Shown: piece after piece, positions 58,427-64,000 of the stretch | How the letters are laid out: each line of letters begins with the position of its first letter | How positions within the stretch are numbered: the stretch's first letter is position 1 | Assembly (NCBI GenBank): GCA_964016885.1 | Contig: OZ024744.1 | Coordinates: 133,238,001-133,302,000, forward strand | DNA length: 64,000 nucleotides | Reading direction: 5' to 3' | Source of the DNA: Eledone cirrhosa | Taxonomy: Eukaryota | Position numbers and translations under genes: made by a program | Notes under the pieces: model-generated | What the model was told of the DNA's origin: nothing | The model's input: only the letters and a program-made list of their open reading frames with translations | The model's database searches: none

Positions 58427-58599
58427 GGGCTTAAGTTAAGTTGGGGCTAAGTTAAGTTGGGGTTAAGTCAAGTTGGAAGTTGTGGTTGAGTGAAGTTGGG
58501 GTTAAGTTAAGTTGGGGTTGAGTGAAGTTGGGGTTAAGTTAAGTTGGGGTTGAGTTACGTTGGGGTTGAGTTACGTTGGGGTTAAGTTAAGTTGGGGTT
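58427..58599 (-). repeat. Inverted satellite cassette copy 11 (173 bp)
   Basis: Same junctions. Two consecutive GAGTTACG monomers, as in copy 10. Confidence 0.97.
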
Positions 58600-61199
58600 A
58601 ACCCCAACTTAACTTAACCCCAACTTAACTTAACCCCAACTTAACTTAACCCCAACTTAACTTAACCCCAACATAACTTAACCCCAACTTAAATTAACCC
58701 CAACTTAACTTAAACTCAACTTAACTAACCAACTTAACTTAACCCCAACTTAACTTAACCCCAACTTAACTTAACCCCAACTTAACTTAACCCCAACTTA
58801 ACTTAACCCCAACTTAAATTAACCCCAACTTAACTTAACCCCAACTTAACTTAAGCCCGACTTAACTTAACCCCAACTTAACTTAACCCCAACTTAACTT
58901 AGCCCCAACTTAACTTAGCCCCAACTTAACTTAGCCCCAACTTAACTTAACCCCAACTTAACATAACCGCACCTTAACTTAACCTCAACTTAACTTAACT
59001 GCAACTTAACTTAACCCCAACTTAACTTAACCCCAACTTAACTCAACACCAACTTAACTCAACCCCAACTTAGCTCAACCCCAATTTAACTCAACCCCAA
59101 GTTAACTCAACCCCAACTTAACTTAACCCCAACTTAACTGAACCCTAACTTAACTTAACCCCGACTTAAATTAAGCCCAACTTAACTTAACCCCAACTTA
59201 ACTCAGCCCCAACTTAACTTAGCCCTAACTTAACTTAACCCCAACTTAACTTAACCCCAACTTAATTAACCCCAACTTAAATTAACCCCAACTTAACTTA
59301 ACACCAACTTAACGTAACCCCATCTTAAATAAACCCCAACTTAAATTAACCCCAACTTAACTTAACCCCAACTTAACTTAACCCCAACTTAACTCAGCCC
59401 CAACTTAACTTAGCCGCAACTTAACTTAACCCCAACTTAACTTAACCCCAACTTAACTTAACCCCAACTTAACTTATCCCCAACTTAACTTAACCCCAAC
59501 TTAACTTAAACCCAACTTAACTTAACCCCAACTTAAACTATCCCCAACTTAACTTATCCCCAACTTAACTTAACCCCAACTTAACTTAACCCCAACTTAA
59601 CTTAACCCCAACTTAATTTAACCCCAACTTAACTTAACCTCAACTTAACTTAACCCCAACTTAACTTAACCCCAACTTAACTTAACCCCAACTTAACTTA
59701 TCCCCAACTTAACTTAACCCCAACTTAACTTAAACCCAACTTAACTTAACCCCAACTTAAACTATCCCCAACTTAACTTATCCCCAACTTAACTTAACCC
59801 CAACTTAACTTAACCCCAACTTAACTTAACCCCAACTTAATTTAACCCCAACTTAACTTAACCTCAACTTAACTTAACCCCAACTTAACTTAACCCCAAC
59901 TTAACTTAACCCCAACTTAAATTAGCCCCAACTTAACTTAACCCCAACTTAAATTAACCCCAACTTAACTTAACCCCAACTTAACTTAACCCCGACTTAA
60001 ATTAACCCCAACTTAACTTAACCCCAACTTAACTTAACCCCAACTTAACTTAACCACAAATTAACTTAACCCCAACTTAACTTAACCCCAACTTAACTTA
60101 ACCCCAACTTAACTTAACCCCAACTTAACTTAACCCCAACTTAACTTAAACCTAACTTAACTTAACCCCAACTTAACCCCAACTTAACTTGACCCCAACT
60201 TAACTTAACCCCAACTTAACTCAACCCCAACTTAACTTAACCCCAACTTCACTCAGCCCCAACTTAACTCAGCCCCAACTTAACTTAGCCCCAACTTAAC
60301 TTAACACCAACTTAACTTAACCCCAACTTAACTTAACCCCAACTTAACTCAACCCCAACTTAACTTAACCCCAACTTAACTCAGCCCCAACTTAACTCAG
60401 CCCCAACTTAACTTAGCCCCAACTTAACTTAACACCAACTTAACTTAACCCCACCTTAACTTAACCCCAACTTAACTTAACCCCAACTTAACTTATCCCC
60501 AACTTAACTGAACCCCAACTTAACTTAGTCCCAACTTAACTTAGCCCCAACTTAACTTAACCCCAACTTAACTTAACCCCAACTTAACTTAACCCCAACT
60601 TAACTTATCCCCAACTTAACTTAACCCCAACTTAACTTAAAGCCAACTTAACTTAACCCCAACTTAAATTATCCCCAACTTAACTTATCCCCAACTTAAC
60701 TTAACCCCAACTTAACTTAACCCCAACTTAACTTAACCACAACTTAATTTAACCCCAACTTAACTTAACCTCAACTTAACTTAACCCCAACTTAACTTAA
60801 CCCCAACTTAACTTAACCCCAACTTAACTTAACCCCAACTTAACTTAACCAGAAATTAACTTAACCCCAACTTAACTTAACCCCAACTTAACTTAACCCC
60901 GACTTAACTTAACCCCAACTTAACTTAACCCCAACTTAACTTAACCCCAACTTAACTTAACCACAAATTAACTTAACCCCAACTTAACTTAACCCCAATT
61001 TAACTTAACCCCAACTTAACTTAACCCCAACTTAACTTAACCCCAACTTAACTTAAACCTAACTTAACTTAACCCCAACTTAACCCCAACTTAACTTGAC
61101 CCCAACTTAACTTAACCCCAACTTAACTCAACCCCGACTTAACTTAACCCCAACTTAACTCAGCCCCAACTTAATTCAGCCCCAACTTAACTTAGCCCC

Positions 61200-63010
61200 A
61201 ACTTAACTTAACACCAACTTAACTTAACCCCAACTTAACTTAACCCCAACTTAACTTAGCCCCAACTTAACTTATCCCCAACTTAACTAAACCCCAACTT
61301 AACTCAACCACAAATTAACTTAACCCCAACTTAACTTAACCCCAACTTATTTAACCCCAACTTAACTTAACCCCAACTTAACTTAACCCCAACTTAACTT
61401 AAACCTAACTTAACTTAACCCCAACTTAATCCCAACTTAACTTGACCCCAACTTAACTTAACCCCAACTTAACTCAACCCCAACTTAACTTAACCCCAAC
61501 TTAACTAAGCCCCAACTTAACTCAGCCCCAACTTAACTTAGCCACAACTTAACTGAACACCAACTTAACTTAACCCCAACTTAACTTAACCCCAACTTAA
61601 CTTAACCCCAACTTAAGTTAACCTCCACTTAACTTAACCCCAACTTAACTTAACCCCAACTTAATTTAACCCCAACTTAACTTAACCCCAACTTAATTTA
61701 ACCCCAACTTAACTTAACCCCAACTTAAATTAACCCCAACTTAATTTGACCCAACTTAAATTAACCCCAACTTAACTTACCCCCAACTTAACTTACCACC
61801 AACTTAACTTAACCCCAACTTAACTTAACCCCAACTTAACTTAACCCCACTTAACTTAAACCCAACTTAAGTACCCCCAACTTAAGTTAACCCCAAATTA
61901 ACTCAACCCCAACTTAACTTAACCCCAACTTAACTTAACCCCAACTTAATTAGACCCAACTTAAATTAACCCCAACTTAACTTACCCCCAACTTAACTTA
62001 CCCCCAACTTAACTTAACCACAACCTAACTTAACCCCAACTTAACTTAACCCCAACTTAACTTAACCCCAACTTAACTTAACCCCACTTAACTTAAACCC
62101 AACTTAAGTACCCCCAACTTAACTTAACCCCAACTTAACTTAACCCCAACTCAACTTAACCCCGCCTTAACTTAACCCCAACTTAACTTAACCCCAACTT
62201 AACTTAACCACAATCTAACTTAACCCCAACTTAACTTAACCCCAACTTAACTTAACCCCAACTTAACTTAACCCCAATTTAACTTAACCCCAACTTAACT
62301 TAACCCCAACTTAACTTAACCGCAACTTAATTAGACCCAACTTAAATAAACCCCAACTTAACTTACCGCCAACTTAACTTAACCCCAGCTTAATTAGACC
62401 CAACTTAAATAAACCCCAACTTAACTTACCGCCAACTTAACTTACCCCCAACTTAACTTAACCACAACCTAACTTAACCCCAACTTAACTTAACCCCAAC
62501 TTAACTTAACCCCAACTTAACTTAACACCAACTTAACTTAACCCCAACTTAATTTAACCCCAACTTAACTCAACCCAACTTAACTTAACCCTAACTTAAC
62601 CCCAAATTAACTTAACCCCAACTTAACTTAACCCCATCTTAACTTACCCCCAACTTAACTTACCACCAACTTAACTTACCCCCAACTTAAGTTAACCTCC
62701 ACTTAACTTAACCCCAACTTAACTTAACCCCAACTTAATTTAACCCCAACTTAACTTAACCCCAACTTAATTTAACCCCAACTTAACTTAACCCCAACTT
62801 AAATTAACCCCAACTTAATTTGACCCAACTTAAATTAACCCCAACTTAACTTACCCCCAACTTAACTTACCACCAACTTAACTTAACCCCAACTTAACTT
62901 AACCCCAACTTAACTTAACCCCACTTAACTTAAACCCAACTTAAGTACCCCCAACTTAAGTTAACCCCAAATTAACTCAACCCCAACTTAACTTAACCCC
63001 AACTTAACTT
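61200..63010 (+). repeat. Diverged satellite sub-domain with private variants
   Basis: ACCTCCACTT, AAGTACCCCC, TTAGACCC, TTACCGCC and TTACCACC are confined to this stretch as far as I could see. Many monomers here are 14-15 bp. Confidence 0.85.
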
Positions 63011-64000
63011 AACCCCAACTTAACTTAACCCCAACTTAACTTAACCCCAACTTAACTTAACCACAAATTAACTTAACCCCAACTTAACTTAACCCCAACT
63101 TAACTTAACCCCAACTTAACTTAACCCCAACTTAACTTAACCCCAACTTAACTTAAACCTAACCTAACTTAACCCCAACTTAACCCCAACTTAACTTGAC
63201 CCCAACTTAACTTAACCCCAACTTAACTCAACCCCAACTTAACTTAACCCCAACTTAACTCAGCCCCAACTTAACTCAGCCCCAACTTAACTTAGCCACA
63301 ACTTAACTTAACACCAACTTAACTTAACCCCAACTTAACTTAACCCCAACTTAACTTAACCCCAACTTAACTTATCCCCAACTTAACTGAACCCCAACTT
63401 AACTTAACCCCAACTTAATATAACCCCAACTTAACTTAACCCCAACTTAACTCAACCCCAACTTAAATTAACCCCAACTTAACTTATCCCCAACTTAACT
63501 TAACCCCAACTTAATTAACCCCAACTTAAATTAACCCCAACTTAACTTAACACCAACTTAACGTAACCCCAACTTAACTTAACCCCAACTTAACTTAAAC
63601 CTAACTTAACCCCAACTTAACCCCAACTTAACTTGACCCCAACTTAACTTAACCCCAACTTAACTCAACCTCAACTTAACTTAACCCCAACTTAACTCAG
63701 CCCCAACTTAACTCAGCCCCAACTTAACTTAGCCCCAACTTAACTTAACACCAACTTAACTTAACCCCAACTTAACTTAACCCCAACTTAACTTAACCCC
63801 AACTTAACTTATCCCCAACTTAACTGAACCCCAACTTAACTGAACCCCAACTTAAATTAACCCCAACTTAACTTAACCCCAACTTAACTTAACCCCAACT
63901 TAACTCAACACCAACTTAACTCAACCCCAACTTAACTCAACCCCAATTTAACTCAACCCCAACTTAACTCAACCCCAACTTAACTTAACCCCAACTTAAC

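Larger units (their letters stand above)
43500..60890 (+). repeat. About 8.67-kb tandem duplication (about 43500-52190 / about 52190-60890)
   Basis: Markers: TTCACTTGACC at about 43570/52243, CTCAACTGAA at about 44278/52951, cassettes 10/11 (offset 8672), and CCAGAAATT at 52161/60849. Confidence 0.9.
1..64000 (+). repeat. Tandem satellite array, 16-bp monomer AACTTAACTTAACCCC (C-rich on +), running off both window ends
   Basis: The monomer repeats continuously from base 1 to 64000. Substitution variants include CTCAA, CTGAA, TTAGC, TTATC, AAATT, CCCCG and AACACC. Length variants of 11, 13, 15 and 17 bp also occur. The consensus has 6A/6C/4T/0G on +. Confidence 0.99.

Noticed and set aside
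5915-58599. CRISPR-like array (repeat plus spacers)
   Set aside because: The intervening DNA is the same satellite rather than unique spacers, the sizes are wrong, and there are no cas genes.
5915-58599. Inversions as sequencing fold-back or chimera artefacts
   Set aside because: The 11 copies have fixed junctions and heritable variants matching the larger duplications, and they are not mirror images of their flanks. Read confirmation is still advisable.
1-64000. Protein-coding ORF (repetitive Asn/Leu/Pro/Thr peptide)
   Set aside because: TAA occurs twice per monomer on both strands, and the 16-bp period cycles it through all frames. I also saw no ATG.
1-64000. Active telomerase-synthesised telomere tract
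   Set aside because: Abundant variants copied in multi-kb blocks, plus internal inversions, point to recombination or duplication rather than templated addition.
1-64000. Assignment to a named satellite, species or functional centromere
   Set aside because: I do not recognise the monomer with certainty, and the window has no unique sequence. A database search and CENP-A data are needed.

Overview
The whole 64-kb window is one non-coding tandem satellite array. The consensus monomer is 16 bp, AACTTAACTTAACCCC (5+5+6 substructure; minus strand GGGGTTAAGTTAAGTT), giving roughly 4,000 copies by length. I found no genes, RNA genes, transposons or unique sequence: TAA stops recur in all six frames. 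Variant monomers act as barcodes and show nested higher-order structure: a 224-bp duplication, a 1,029-bp duplication, recurring multi-kb modules, and three large recent tandem duplications of about 10.07, 7.7-7.8 and 8.67 kb. The most striking element is a 173-bp cassette of the same satellite in inverted orientation, present 11 times with identical junctions. Its right junction is a spacer-less palindrome and its left junction is a short-loop inverted repeat. Several copies of the surrounding module lack the cassette. A more diverged layer lies at about 61.2-63.0 kb. The G-strand reads TTAAG-TTAAG-TTGGGG, which is telomere-like, but the organism and chromosomal location cannot be determined from the sequence. 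All offsets were read by eye from marker variants, so duplication boundaries are approximate.
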